Source: Rebecca billardiae RCC1528 (lineage: Eukaryota; Protista; Haptophyta). Taken from it: a stretch of 64,000 bases of DNA. The notes beneath the pieces are model-generated. The model searched no databases and was not told the DNA's origin. It was given only the letters and a program-made list of their open reading frames with translations. The stretch is taken from NCBI GenBank assembly GCA_965240325.2, contig OZ251241.1, positions 1-64,000 of the forward strand, read 5' to 3'. Both the position numbers and the translations under genes were made by a program. How positions within the stretch are numbered: position 1 is the stretch's first letter; the number at the start of each line of letters is the position of its first letter. Shown here piece by piece: positions 1 through 10,900 of this stretch.

Positions 1-12
1 CCGCCACGAACG

Positions 13-760
13 GAGGCCTCACGCGCACCGCCGCGCGGTCGCAGCGCCCAACAACCGCCCGAGCGCCGACCGCGCAAGCGCCGCGCTGTGAATTAACAGT
101 GCGCCAAAGCGAGTCGAGGCGCCGGGTCGATCGGCCTCAAAGGACGTGTTCCGACCGACCGAGCCGACCCCCTCGACGGTCAGCCACGCCACCACTTAGA
201 GCGGACGCGCCGCCTCGGCGCGAACTGAGGCCTCACGCGCACCGCCGCGAGGGATCGCAGCGCCCAACCACCGCCCGCGCCAGCCGACCGCGCGAGTCGC
301 CGCGCTGCGAATCATATATCATCAGTCGTCGTGCGCCAAAGCGAGTCGAGGCGCCGGGTGAATGCGCCTCGCTCTAGAGACACGTTCCGACCGACCGAGC
401 CGACCGGCCCCCTCGACGGTCAACCGCCACGCCACCAGTTCAGATATAGCAGAGCAGCGGACTCGCCGCCCTCGCCGCGATTGGGCGATTGCGTCACACG
501 CTGCCTCATAGTCATCACACGCGGCGGAGCGGCCTCATATCTACTGCGCTAACCGCTCACGCGCACCGCGAGCCGCGCGGTCGCAGCAGCGCCCAACCAC
601 CGCCCGCGAGCCGATTAGTGTGAGGCGCCGCGCCGCGAATCATCAGTGCGCCACAGCGAGTCGAGTCGCCGGGTGGATCGGCCTCTAGAGACGACGCGTT
701 CCGATTGACCGAGCCAAGCGACCCCGCCTCAGACGGTCAGCCATGCCGCCAGTCAGAGCG
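13..760. repeat. Degenerate tandem repeat, 3 copies of a ~200-bp unit
   Basis: GTGCGCCA(A/C)AGCGAGTCGAG recurs at 99, 331 and 646. CTCACGCGCACCGC and CCGACCGAGCC..CCCTCGACGGTCA-like blocks recur in the same order. Confidence 0.85.
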
Positions 761-1090
761 GCCTGCAGCTACTGATCGGGCGCCGTCAGCTGAGGGCGGT
801 GCTGAGGCGTCGTCTGGGGTACGTGGCGAGGCCTCCGTACACGGCCGCGCCGCGCCGGGTGAGAGCAGCTGCATTCAGCAGTCGCTGCTCACCGGGTCAG
901 GTCGGACGAGATGTGAGATGGGGGGGCGGGGCGGGGGCAGCTGCGACCGGTGCGAGGCGCTGGGGTGGCAGTGGGGTGCCCTGCGCGCGTCGCCCCCGGC
1001 GCACGGCCGCCGTCCGACGACAGCCGCGACCTCGGCGAGCCGTCACGCGCTGGCGCGCGACGACGCGGCGCCCGCCGCCGCGCGGCGGCC

Positions 1091-1927
1091 CTACGCTGGC
1101 CCCCGCGCCGCGGTCGCCGGGCCGGCGCCGGGCTCGCGCCGCATGGCCACGAGCGGGTGCGCGCACGCGCCGCGCAGCGCCGCCTCGTGCCCGCGCGGCG
1201 CGAGCAGCGCGCGCCGCTCGACCTCGCGGAAGCCGTGGCGCGCGTACAGCGCGGCGTGCCGCTCGCCGCAGCACTCGAGGTAGCTCGGCAGGCCCTCCGC
1301 GTCGGCCGCGCGCGCCGCGGCGCGCAGCAGCGCGCGCGCGTGCCCGGCGCGGCGCGCGTCGGGCCGCACGGCGACCACGAGCACGTGCCAGTGCGCGCGC
1401 GGCGCGTGCGCGCGGTGCATCGCCTCGATGGCGGGGGCGAGCGCCGCGCTGAAGGCCTCGGCCACGTGCGCGAGCGCCGGCTCGGTCCACGCCGCGGGCA
1501 GCGCCGCCCAGCCGCCGAGCAGCACGCGCGCGCCCGCGAGCGTGTCGCCGAGCGTCGCGCCCACGCCGCCGCCAAACCGCTCGAGCCGGCGCATCAGGAG
1601 GACGCCCGCGAGCCGGCCGTCGGCGCCGGGCGTGCCGAGCAGCAGCCCGTGCGGCGGGCCGTGCCGCGCCACGGCCACCGCCATCAAGAACTCGAACAGC
1701 GCCGCGCGCCGCGCGTCGGCGCGGTCGGCGAGCGGCGCGCCGAGCGCCCAGTCGGTGCTCAGCTCGGGCTCGGCGTCGGCCGTGCCGGCGAAGGCGCGCG
1801 CGGCGAGCGCGATGGCCTCGCGCCGGCGCTCGGGACCGGCGATGCGCAGCACGCGCCCGTCCGCCTCGCTCGCCGCGCGCCACGCCGCCTCCACGCCGTC
1901 GTCGTCGCGGCCGCACCACGTCGTCAT
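1091..1927 (-). CDS. GNAT-family N-acetyltransferase
   Basis: Motif A VVAVRPDARRAGHARALL and C-terminal YLE...ALYARHGF; appears intronless. Confidence 0.85.
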   Translation of the reverse strand: MTTWCGRDDDGVEAAWRAASEADGRVLRIAGPERRREAIALAARAFAGTADAEPELSTDWALGAPLADRADARRAALFEFLMAVAVARHGPPHGLLLGTPGADGRLAGVLLMRRLERFGGGVGATLGDTLAGARVLLGGWAALPAAWTEPALAHVAEAFSAALAPAIEAMHRAHAPRAHWHVLVVAVRPDARRAGHARALLRAAARAADAEGLPSYLECCGERHAALYARHGFREVERRALLAPRGHEAALRGACAHPLVAMRREPGAGPATAARGPA

Positions 1928-2007
1928 CGTCGTCGGCGGGCCGCCGCCATTGCTGCTGCTTTGATTTCGTCATCAGCACTCATAAACAAATAAAAGCGCG
2001 CGCCGCG

Positions 2008-3636
2008 CTACAAAAATGAGGGCAACGCCCCGCCGCCCTCGTCATCGGCGGCGTCGCAGCAGCGCGTGGGCGGCGCGGTGGCGTTCCGCGGCGGCGCGCC
2101 CGCCCCCTCGCCCTCGCCGCCGCGGCCGCCGCGCGGCGGCGGCGGCGCCTCGCGCTCGGCGTCGCCGCCGCCGCCGTCCCACGGCGGCACGCACGCGGCG
2201 TAGTGCGGCGGCAGCGGCGCGCGCGCGCGCGCGTCGCCGCTCGCGTACCGGCGCACGCGCGCGCGCGGCACGCCCGTGTACGGCGCGCGCAGCGCCTCGC
2301 GCTCGTACGCGCCGAAGACGGCGGCCCACGGCACGCGCGGCGCGCACGCGCCGCCGCGGCGCGGCGCGGGCAGCACGCGCTCGAGCCAGCGCCCAAAGTC
2401 GCGCAGGTGTACGGTGGCGGCCCTGGGGCGCTGCGGGGGCAGGAAGCCGCCCTCGTCGCGCGCCGCGCCGCCGTCCGGCTCGTCGGCGAGCGCCTCCGCG
2501 CCGGCGGGCGCGCAGCCCTTGGTCTGGTTGGCGCGCGCGCACGGGCGCAGCGGCAGCGCGCCGTGCACCATGTACGGCGCGTGCAGCAGCCCGAGCTCCA
2601 GCGCGCACTCGTGGTGGTACAGGTAGCCGGACGCGTACGCGGTCACGAGCGCGCCGTGCAGCTCGAGCAAAGACGCCCCGCGCGCCATGTACCGGCAGTT
2701 GTGCAGCGACGAGCCGAACAGCGAGACGGCGACGGCGGCGCGCGCGTACAGCCGCGCCTCGTCGGCGTACGCGAGCGCGTGCGCGTCCGCCGCGACGAAG
2801 CGCAGCCACGGCCGCGCCCGCGCCGCGTGCGCGGCCAGCAGCCGGACGAGCGCGCCCTCGTTGGCCACCCTGCGGCCGGACGGCTGCGTGGCCGCGCGCG
2901 CGTACAGGAACGTGTCGGGCGCGGCGGCCGCGCCGAGCACCGCGCGCGCGTCGTCGCGGAACGCGCCGGCCACGCCGCCCGGCACGCTGGCGCTCAGCTG
3001 GAAGCGCGTGAGCGCGAGCACGCGGCCGGCCAGCTCGTGCGGCGGCCGGCCGTGCGCCTCGCAGCACGCGCGCCGCCGCGCGTCCCTGAGGCACAGCGGC
3101 ACCCAGCCCGCGCGCACCACGCGCACGCCGAAGAGGGCGCGCGAGCGCGCGCCGCCAAAGAGCCCGGCGAGCTCGTCGAACACGCGCGCCGGCCGCCCGT
3201 CCGGCGCGCCCGCGGGCACGTACACCGTCAGCTCCGCGCGCGCGCCGCTGCGGTTGCGCGCGAGCGCGCGCGCGCCGCGCGCGTAGATGAACGCCTGGTA
3301 CACGGAGAAGAGCCACTCGTGCACGTGCCCGTACTGCGAGGGGGTGTGGCCCGACGGGTTGAACACCACGGCGAGCCGCCCGCCCGAGCGCGCCGCGAGC
3401 TCCTCCACCAGCGACGCGTTGTCGCGCAGGTGGCGCACGCGCGGCGCCTCGAGCGTCGCGCCAAAGCCCCCGAGGCCCAGGCCCTCGGCCGAGGGCGCGC
3501 GGCGGACGGCGGGGTGCGGCGAGGAGGATGGGGCGCACCACGACCCGCCCGCGCCCGCCTTCACCCCGCTCGACCCCCGCGCCGCGAGCAGCAGCGGCAC
3601 GAGCCAGCAGCGCGGGCGGAGGCGCGCGGCCGCCAT
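2008..3636 (-). CDS. Glycosyltransferase family 61-like (DUF563) protein with N-terminal signal/anchor
   Basis: ARAAVAVSLFGSSLHNCRYMARGASLLEL resembles the GT61 'HGAGLxN.xF..PG..ViE' block; upstream RRVANE. ATG at 3636 precedes a hydrophobic stretch. Confidence 0.65.
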   Translation of the reverse strand: MAAARLRPRCWLVPLLLAARGSSGVKAGAGGSWCAPSSSPHPAVRRAPSAEGLGLGGFGATLEAPRVRHLRDNASLVEELAARSGGRLAVVFNPSGHTPSQYGHVHEWLFSVYQAFIYARGARALARNRSGARAELTVYVPAGAPDGRPARVFDELAGLFGGARSRALFGVRVVRAGWVPLCLRDARRRACCEAHGRPPHELAGRVLALTRFQLSASVPGGVAGAFRDDARAVLGAAAAPDTFLYARAATQPSGRRVANEGALVRLLAAHAARARPWLRFVAADAHALAYADEARLYARAAVAVSLFGSSLHNCRYMARGASLLELHGALVTAYASGYLYHHECALELGLLHAPYMVHGALPLRPCARANQTKGCAPAGAEALADEPDGGAARDEGGFLPPQRPRAATVHLRDFGRWLERVLPAPRRGGACAPRVPWAAVFGAYEREALRAPYTGVPRARVRRYASGDARARAPLPPHYAACVPPWDGGGGDAEREAPPPPRGGRGGEGEGAGAPPRNATAPPTRCCDAADDEGGGALPSFL

Positions 3637-3979
3637 CGCCGCCGCCCGCCGCTTCGTGAAGCGAGCGCAACGTCCGTTTGGCGTTTTATGACAGTAGATA
3701 TGTTTCATTATAATACTGTAACGGCGTCGGTTCGTACGTCGCTATCGTTACAGTAGCTTAGATATGTCACAGCACAGCGGGTAGACTTCGTATCTTATAG
3801 TGCGGCATACAGGCGGACGGCGGATCAGCCAGCGACGCCAGCGCCAGCAGGCGGGAAGCGCAGGCAGTGCAGCCTGCGCTGCGGACGTGTCGGTGACAGT
3901 CCGGGAGGCCGACGGCACCGCGGTGCTGCTGTGAGCTGTCTGTAGTCGTTGTAAGTTGGTCTGCTCGGCGCGGCGCTCG

Positions 3980-5789
3980 TCACGCGCGGCGAGCCCCGCG
4001 GCCCCCGCGGCCCCCGCCGCGGCCGCCGCGGCCGCGGCGCGCGGGGCGGTCCATGCGCTGCTCCCACGCGCGCTGCGCCGCGGGCACCTCGTCGCCGCCG
4101 CCGAGCACGTGCGCAAAGTCCTGCGCGCACACCGGAGGGGGGCGGGGGCGCGTGTGAGCGTGGCCGCGGCACGGCGCGGCCGCGGCGCGTGCGCGCACCT
4201 CCGCGGCCGCAAAGGCGCCGCCGCCGCCGCGCTGCTTCTTGCGCGCGCCCGCCGGCTCGGCCGCGCCCTCGTCCTCCTCGCCCGCGTCCTCGTCGCCGAA
4301 GACGAGGCCGTCGTCGTCGTCGTCGCTGTCCCCCTCGCTGGCCTCCTCGTCGCTCGCGCCGACCATCGCGCCTCCCATCGCGGCCTCGGCGTCGTCGTCG
4401 TCGTCGGCGTCGCCCGAGCTCGAGCCGTCGTCCGACGCCGCGCCGCCGCCGAACGGCGCGCCGCCCGCGGCCCGCTCGGCCGCGGCGTACGCGGCGGCGA
4501 ACGCGTCGTCGTCCTCGCCGTCCGAGTCCTCGTCGGCGCCCGCGCCGCCGGCCGCCGTGCGCGCGTGGTGCGCCTCGAGCTGCCTGGCGAGCACGTCGGC
4601 GAACGCGTCCGCCTCCGCCTCCTCGCCCTCGGCCGAGCCGTCCGCGCGCGCGCCGCGCGCGCGCTTGCGCCGCAGCGCCGCGCGCGCCTCCGCCTCCTCG
4701 CGCGCCGCGCGCTGCACCTCGAACGCCGCGGCGAAGTCGTCCTCCGCGCCGCCCGCGCCGCGCGCGGCCGAGGGCGGCGCGTCGGCGTGCGGCTGCATCA
4801 GCGAGACGCCGCGCGCGCCCTTGGGCGGCCGCTGCCGCGCGGCGAAGCGGTCGAGGAAGCGGCTGCGGCTGAGGTCGCGCAGGGGGTCGCCCGCGTACGC
4901 GATGGGCTGGCCGCGCGCCACCGCGCCCGCGAAGAGCGCGACGGTCGGGTGGAAGTGGCGCTGCAGCGGGACCAGCTCCCACAAGGCACAGCGCTCGGCG
5001 TGCGCCGCGCGCGGCTCGCGCGCGAGCGGCGCGTACGGCGGCGCGCCCTCGGCGGGCGCGCGCTCGGCCGGCGCGGCCGGCTCGCGCGGCCGCGGCCGCG
5101 GCCGCGGGTGCCGCCGCGCCTCCGCGCCCGCCTCGTCCTCGTCCAGCCGGTCGGCGTCGACGAAGACCTCCACGTCGTCGTCCACGTCGTCGTCGTCCTC
5201 GGCGGCCGCGGCGGCGGCGGCGCCGCCGCCGCCGCCCGCGCCCGCGCCGGGCCGCACGAGCTCGCGCAGCGCGTCCGCGCCCGCGCCGCCCTGCGCCGCG
5301 GCCGGGTCCGTGCGCGCGGCCACGTGCGCGCACAGCAGCAGGCACGCGGCCGCGTACGGCGCGCCGCCGTGCGCGGCCGCCTGCAGCGCGCGCTTGGCGA
5401 GCGCGCACGCGCGCGGCAGGTCCGTGTCGTCGCGCAGCCCGCGGTACAGCACGTTCAGGAAGAGCGCGTGCTTCGCCGAGGCGCGCAGCCCCGGGTGGAG
5501 CAGCGCGCCGTACAGCGCGCGCGCCCAGCGCTCCGAGAGCGACGCGCGCGCGCCCGCGAGCGCGCACAGCAGCCGCAGCGCGTGCGTGGCCGCGCCAAAG
5601 GACGCGCCGTGCGTCACGGCAAAGAGCGCGTCTGCGCACGCGCCGAGCGCCTCCTCCCAGCCCCCGCCCTCCGTGTCGTGCGTCGCGAAGGGCAGCGCGC
5701 GGTTGATGCCGACGAGCAGCGCGGACAGCAGCCGCGCGTGCGAGCCCGCGCCCGCCGACGACGACGCGGCCGCGCCCGCGGACGCGCCC

Positions 5790-5820
<31 letters not shown>

Positions 5821-6933
5821 GCCCGCGGCCGCCGCCGCGCCCGCGGCCGCGGCCGCCGCCGCGCCCGCGGCCGGCGCGCGCCGGCGCCGGCGCGCGCCGC
5901 TCGTGCGCCTGCTGCTCGTGCGCCTGCGCGAAGAGCGCGACGTAGAGGCGGATGAGCGTGGTGGCGAGGCGTGCGTGCGCGCGCGTGAGCACCAGCTGGT
6001 TGAGGAAGAGCGCGCCATGGTACTTGGCGCGCAGCGGCAGGCCGGGCGAGAGGCACAGCCGCGAGACCTCGCCCACCACCACCTCCGCCATGCGCGCGTG
6101 CGCCTGCACCACCAGCGAGAGCCCGTGCCCCGCCGCGCTCGCCACGCGCGGCGCGGGGTCGGCGAGCTTGGAGGCGAGCGCGCCGAGCAGCTCCGCCTCG
6201 CGCTCGGGCGCCGCGCTCAGCAGCCGGTGCAGCGCGCCCACCGCCGCGCGCTTCACGTGCGACACGCCCGCCGAGGCGGCGGCGCGCACCACCACGTCGC
6301 GCACAAAGGTGGCGTACGCCGCGCGCAGCCGCGCCTCCGCCCAGCCCACGAGCAGCGCCTGCTGCGCGGCGCGCGCCGGCTGCGCGCCGAGCGCGGCCTG
6401 CAGCTGCTCGTGCCCGCGCGCGCCCAGCGGGCTCAGCTTGCGGTGCGGCGGCAGCGCCACCTCGACCCACAGCTCGACGAGCGGGCCGAGCGCGGCGAGC
6501 AGCTGCCGGTCGCCGCGCCGCGCGAGCGCCACCAGCCCCTCGAGCTGCGCCAGCGAGTGCAGCGGCGACTCGCGCACGCACAGCGCGGCGGCCGCCACCC
6601 GGTCCGCCAGCGTGCCGCTCGCAATCGTCTCGCGCACCCACGCGCGGTCACCGCCCGCGCGCGCGTCCATGCGCGCCTCGTACGCGGAGAGCTCGTCGGC
6701 GTACAGCGCCTCCGCCCGCGCCGACGCAGCCTCGACCACCGCCGCGCCCGCCGGCGCCGTGCCCGCCGGCGGCGGCGGCGCGTCGCAGCCGTCCGCCTCG
6801 AACCAGCGGCCGCCCGCCGGCGGCAGCGGGATCAGCAGCGCGCGCGGCCGCTTGGGCGCGCGCGCGCCGCCGGCCGGCCGCGCGGCGCCGGCGCGCGCGT
6901 CGGCGCCCGCGCCGCGCGCACGCTTCGCCCCGC

Positions 6934-6971
<38 letters not shown>

Positions 6972-7186
6972 TCGGCCGCGCCGGCCGGCGCGCGCGCCGC
7001 GCCGCTCCTCGCGCGCGCCGCCGCGTCGCGCGGCTTGGCCCGGCGCGGCGCGTCGAGCTCGTTGGGCTGGCGGAACGGGTCCTCCTCGGGCTCGGCGCGC
7101 GCCGCGCCGCGCCGCGCCGCCTCGCCGCCCAGCCCCAGCCCGCTCATGAAGGTGGCCAGCTCGCCGCGCAGCGCGTCGCCCGCCAT
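3980..7186 (-). CDS. CEBPZ: CBF/Mak21 (CEBPZ/Noc1) ribosome biogenesis protein; intron 4121-4198
   Basis: SGTLADRVAA, PEREAELL..LASKLADP, RAKYHGALFLNQL, LWEL..LQRHFHPTVALFA, GDPLRDLS..RFLDRF; acidic C-terminus; 78-nt GT-AG intron. Confidence 0.92.
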
Positions 7187-7437
7187 CTTGGCCCGCGCAG
7201 TAGAGAGGCGTCGTCGCCGCACACGTCCACGTGGTGAGCGCGGTCCGGCGCGTCGCTCCGGGCAGGGGAAGAGGGAGACACGGACGATGTTGAGACGTCG
7301 GACCAACTGGCAACCTCAACTAGCGGCAACTTTTCGAGGCTCAGTCAGTGACGTCACGGCAGAGCCGCGACGAAAATGTATCGGAGTGATATGCTGTAAC
7401 GTGCCCAGCCGGGCGCAGCCACCGGCGCCAACGGGCC

Positions 7438-8661
7438 TCAGCCCTCCTGCTGCGCCGACGCCCGCGGCGACTGAGCAGCCCGCCGGGACGACGGCGGCGA
7501 CCGTGGTCCGGTCGCCGCAGACGCGGTCCCCGGCGTCGCGCTGCGCCGCGCGACGACGGTCCCGTGCCCGCGCACCTGCCGCAGCCTCGGCCGCGGCGCG
7601 GGCCCCGCGGCGGCGGCGGCGGCCTCGGCCTGCGTCGAGCGCGCGACGGGCGCGCCGTCGGCGCCGTCGCCCTCGGCGCCCCGCGGGGCGAGCCCAGGCT
7701 CCGACGGCGCGCGCGCGCGCGCGCTCGGCGGTTGTTGGCGCAAGAGGTGCTCGAGCGGCAGCCGGATGCGCGCCGCCCAGCCGCGCTCGTTGTGCCGAGC
7801 GCCGGGGGCGCGGTGGTACATGTGCGCGACGCCGTGGAGGTCGAGCGCCGCCTTCATCGCGCCGACGCCCGGCTGCAGCTGCGAGTCCAGCCACCAGTAC
7901 CCCGGGTTGGGCCCGTCGCTGAGGTCGAGCAGCGGCACGCGCCGCGCGTCCGTGTCGCCGCCATTGTCAATGTACACGCGCCCGCCCGGCACGCCGTGCA
8001 GCCGCCGCCCGTTCATCGCCACGTCGAGGAGGAGCGGCGGCTGGAAGACGGGCGACAGCGCGGCGCAGTTGCCGATGCTGTCCGGCCGGAGCCACATCGA
8101 GCGGAACGCGCACAGGCCGCCGAGGCTCGCGCCCATCGCGGCCGTGTGCGCGGCGCCGCTGCGCGTGCGGAAGCACCGGTCGACGCGCGGCTTCAGGCCG
8201 TCGCAGAGGAACTCGAGGTAGGCGTCGCCCACGGGCGAGTCGGAGTACTCGAGGTGGCGCCTACGCCCCGTGTTGTCGATCAGCACGACGATCGGCTGGT
8301 GCTCCGGCGGCAGCCCCATCGCGCTCAGCTGCGCGGTGAGGCGCCACGAGTGGCCCGTCCACGAGTCCGCGTCGTACACGGCGTTCTGGCCGTCGTGCAC
8401 GTAGAGCACGGGGAACTCGAGCGCCGGGTGCGTGCGGTACGCGGGGGGCAGCCAGATACGCACGTCCCGCGTGGGGATGAGCAGGTGCTCCACCGGCGAG
8501 CGGTTGGCCATCCAGCGCGCGACGCTCGAGGAGCGCACGAGCCGGCCGAGCCCAGGGCCGTCCAGAGCCGCAGGGCCGTGGGTGGCCGCGCGGGCGAGCG
8601 CGAGCGCGGTGCCGGCGAGGAGTGCGGCGCCAAGCCGTGCCCGCGGGCGTGGGTTGCCCAT
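7438..8661 (-). CDS. Secreted or organelle-targeted putative esterase (alpha/beta hydrolase, Fes/IroE-like)
   Basis: RDVRIWLPP.Y, FPVLYVHDGQN, nucleophile elbow MGASLGG, GARHNERGW. The 3' end is uncertain (possible intron). Confidence 0.85.
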   Translation of the reverse strand: MGNPRPRARLGAALLAGTALALARAATHGPAALDGPGLGRLVRSSSVARWMANRSPVEHLLIPTRDVRIWLPPAYRTHPALEFPVLYVHDGQNAVYDADSWTGHSWRLTAQLSAMGLPPEHQPIVVLIDNTGRRRHLEYSDSPVGDAYLEFLCDGLKPRVDRCFRTRSGAAHTAAMGASLGGLCAFRSMWLRPDSIGNCAALSPVFQPPLLLDVAMNGRRLHGVPGGRVYIDNGGDTDARRVPLLDLSDGPNPGYWWLDSQLQPGVGAMKAALDLHGVAHMYHRAPGARHNERGWAARIRLPLEHLLRQQPPSARARAPSEPGLAPRGAEGDGADGAPVARSTQAEAAAAAAGPAPRPRLRQVRGHGTVVARRSATPGTASAATGPRSPPSSRRAAQSPRASAQQEG

Positions 8662-8899
8662 CCTGAGCCCCTGCGCGGGGGGGGCGGCTCCGCCGGTCGC
8701 CGAGCAGCCGGTCGCCGCGGCTCCGCTTGCGGCTGGCTTCGTCCGCGCACGCGCGCCCGTCCCGCTGGGTAAACGCGCGCGCGGCCGGAGCTTTCTGAAG
8801 CGCGTTCGGTTTTCGCTGGCGACGAACTCTGCGCTTCCTGATCTCCAGATCCGGACGCGAGTTCCGATCCGGTACGACCTGAAAGCAGTCGTCGAGAAT

Positions 8900-10534
8900 A
8901 TGGCGGCGGCCGTGATTGCGCTGCTCGCGGCGGGCGGCGCGGGCCGGCCGCACGTCGTCATCGTCGGCGGCGGCTGGGCCGGCTTCGGCGCGGCGGATGC
9001 GATCGCCCGCGCGCGCCTCCCCGTCGACGTGACGCTCCTCGAGGCGGCCGCCCAGCCCGGCGGCCTCGCCGCGGGCTGGCGGACGGCGGGCGGGCGCGCC
9101 GTCGAGGCGGGCGTGCACGGCTTCTGGCGCAACTACCGCAACATCGACCGCGTGGTCGGCGAGCTCGGGATCGAGCCGTTCACGCCGTACACGCCGTCCG
9201 CGCTGTACACGCGCGCCGGGCTCTCCGTCGTCGCGCCGATCCTCGGCGAGCTGCCGCGGCTGCCGGCGCCGCTCGGCACGGCGCTCTGGCCCGAGTTCAA
9301 GACGATGACGCGCGCCGACCAGCTCACCGCGGCGCCGCTCGTCGCCGCCTTCCTCGACTTTGACGGCTCGGACCGCGCGTGGCGCCGGTACGACGGCATG
9401 ACCGCGCGCGAGCTCTTCGCGCCGCTCTCGGCCGCGCTGTACTCGCAGTTCATCGAGCCGATGCTGCTCACGCTGCCCATGTGCCCGGGCGAGGACTGCA
9501 GCGCCGCCGCCGCGCTCTCGCTCTTCTCCTACTTCGCGCTGGAGCACCAGGCGGACTTTGACGTGCGCTGGCTGCGCGGCTCCGCGTCGACGACCATCTT
9601 CGCCCCGTGGGCCGCCCGCCTCGACGCGCTGAGCGCGCGCGCGGGGTGCGGCGCCGTGCGCGTGCTGTACGGCAAGCGGCTGGTGGACGTGGCCGCCGAC
9701 AGCGGCGGCGCCGTCACGGCGGTGCGCACCGCCGACGGGGACGAGATCGCGTGCGACGCGCTGATCAGCGCCGTCGGCATCAGCGCCGCGCAGAAGATCG
9801 CCACGCTCGCGCCCGGCCTCGCGCGCGCGCGCGCGCAGGCGGGCGGCGACTTTGCGTCCCTCGAGGCGCTGCGCGCGGTCGACGTGGTCGCGGTGCGGCT
9901 CTGGCTGCGCCGCGCGTTCACGCCGCCGCACGCGTCCAACGTGTGCGGCGGCGGGCTCGCGCCCGGGCTGGAGACGACGGGCTTCACGTTCTACGACCTC
10001 GGCGCCCTCCAGGACGACTTCAAGCCGGGCGGCGCGGGCGGGGCCGCCGGCTCCGTGCTCGAGCTCGACTTCTACTACGCGGCGCCGCTGCTCGAGATGG
10101 ACGAGCGCGCGCTGGTGGCCACGGCGCTGCGCGCGCTGCGCACCGCGTGCCCGGCCACGTACGCCTCGCTCGGCGAGGCGGACGTGGAGGACTGCGCGGT
10201 GGTGCGCGTGCCCGCGGGCGTGAGCCACTTCGCGCCCGGCTGCTACAGCAGCCTGCCCGCCATCCGCTCGACGGCGCTGCGCAACTGGTGGTGGGCGGGC
10301 GACTGGGTGGACCGCGGCGGGCACCGCAGCTGGTCGCAGGAGAAGGCGCTCGTCACGGGCATGCAGGCGGCGCGCGCCGCGGTCGCGCACACGCTCGGCG
10401 CGCGCGCGTCGGCGCGCGTGGCGCGCCCGCTGCCCGTCGAGCCCGACGAGCCTCAGCTCGCCATCGGCAGGGCGGCGGTGCGCGCCGCGCGGGACGCCTT
10501 CGGCTTCGAGGGCGCGGCCCTCGGCGTAAAGTGA
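8900..10534 (+). CDS. FAD-dependent oxidoreductase, amine oxidase/carotenoid desaturase-like family
   Basis: VVIVGGGWAGFGAA (GxGxxG), EAGVHGFWRNY.NI, C-terminal AGDWV..WSQEKALVTG. Confidence 0.88.
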   Translation: MAAAVIALLAAGGAGRPHVVIVGGGWAGFGAADAIARARLPVDVTLLEAAAQPGGLAAGWRTAGGRAVEAGVHGFWRNYRNIDRVVGELGIEPFTPYTPSALYTRAGLSVVAPILGELPRLPAPLGTALWPEFKTMTRADQLTAAPLVAAFLDFDGSDRAWRRYDGMTARELFAPLSAALYSQFIEPMLLTLPMCPGEDCSAAAALSLFSYFALEHQADFDVRWLRGSASTTIFAPWAARLDALSARAGCGAVRVLYGKRLVDVAADSGGAVTAVRTADGDEIACDALISAVGISAAQKIATLAPGLARARAQAGGDFASLEALRAVDVVAVRLWLRRAFTPPHASNVCGGGLAPGLETTGFTFYDLGALQDDFKPGGAGGAAGSVLELDFYYAAPLLEMDERALVATALRALRTACPATYASLGEADVEDCAVVRVPAGVSHFAPGCYSSLPAIRSTALRNWWWAGDWVDRGGHRSWSQEKALVTGMQAARAAVAHTLGARASARVARPLPVEPDEPQLAIGRAAVRAARDAFGFEGAALGVK

Positions 10535-10900
10535 TGTCGTGATGAATGGCAGTAGCATATCGTCATCATCATCGTCAGATCGTGCTGATCATCGACGATG
10601 ATATATTGATAGTCGTCTTGCGACGGCGGGACCGCCGCGCCCCGCGACTGTCGATCGTCACGCTGTCGTGACGCATGCCACTCACACTACTCACTAGTCA
10701 CAGTCATTCCGATGGCGGTGCGGGTGCCCTCATCACTCTAGTCTCTAGCTGACTCTACGACGACTGCTACTACCACTGCGCGCTACTACTTAGCCGTCGG
10801 ACGCCGCGGGCGGCCGGGGCCGAGCGCCGCGGCCCGACGCGAGGCAGCCGGACGCACGCGGCCCGGTCGCACGGCCGCGATCGCCGCGCGCGCCCGACCG

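Noticed and set aside
13-760. Possible CRISPR array
   Set aside because: Units are ~200 bp and degenerate, the 'spacers' are homologous, there are no cas genes, and the context is eukaryotic.
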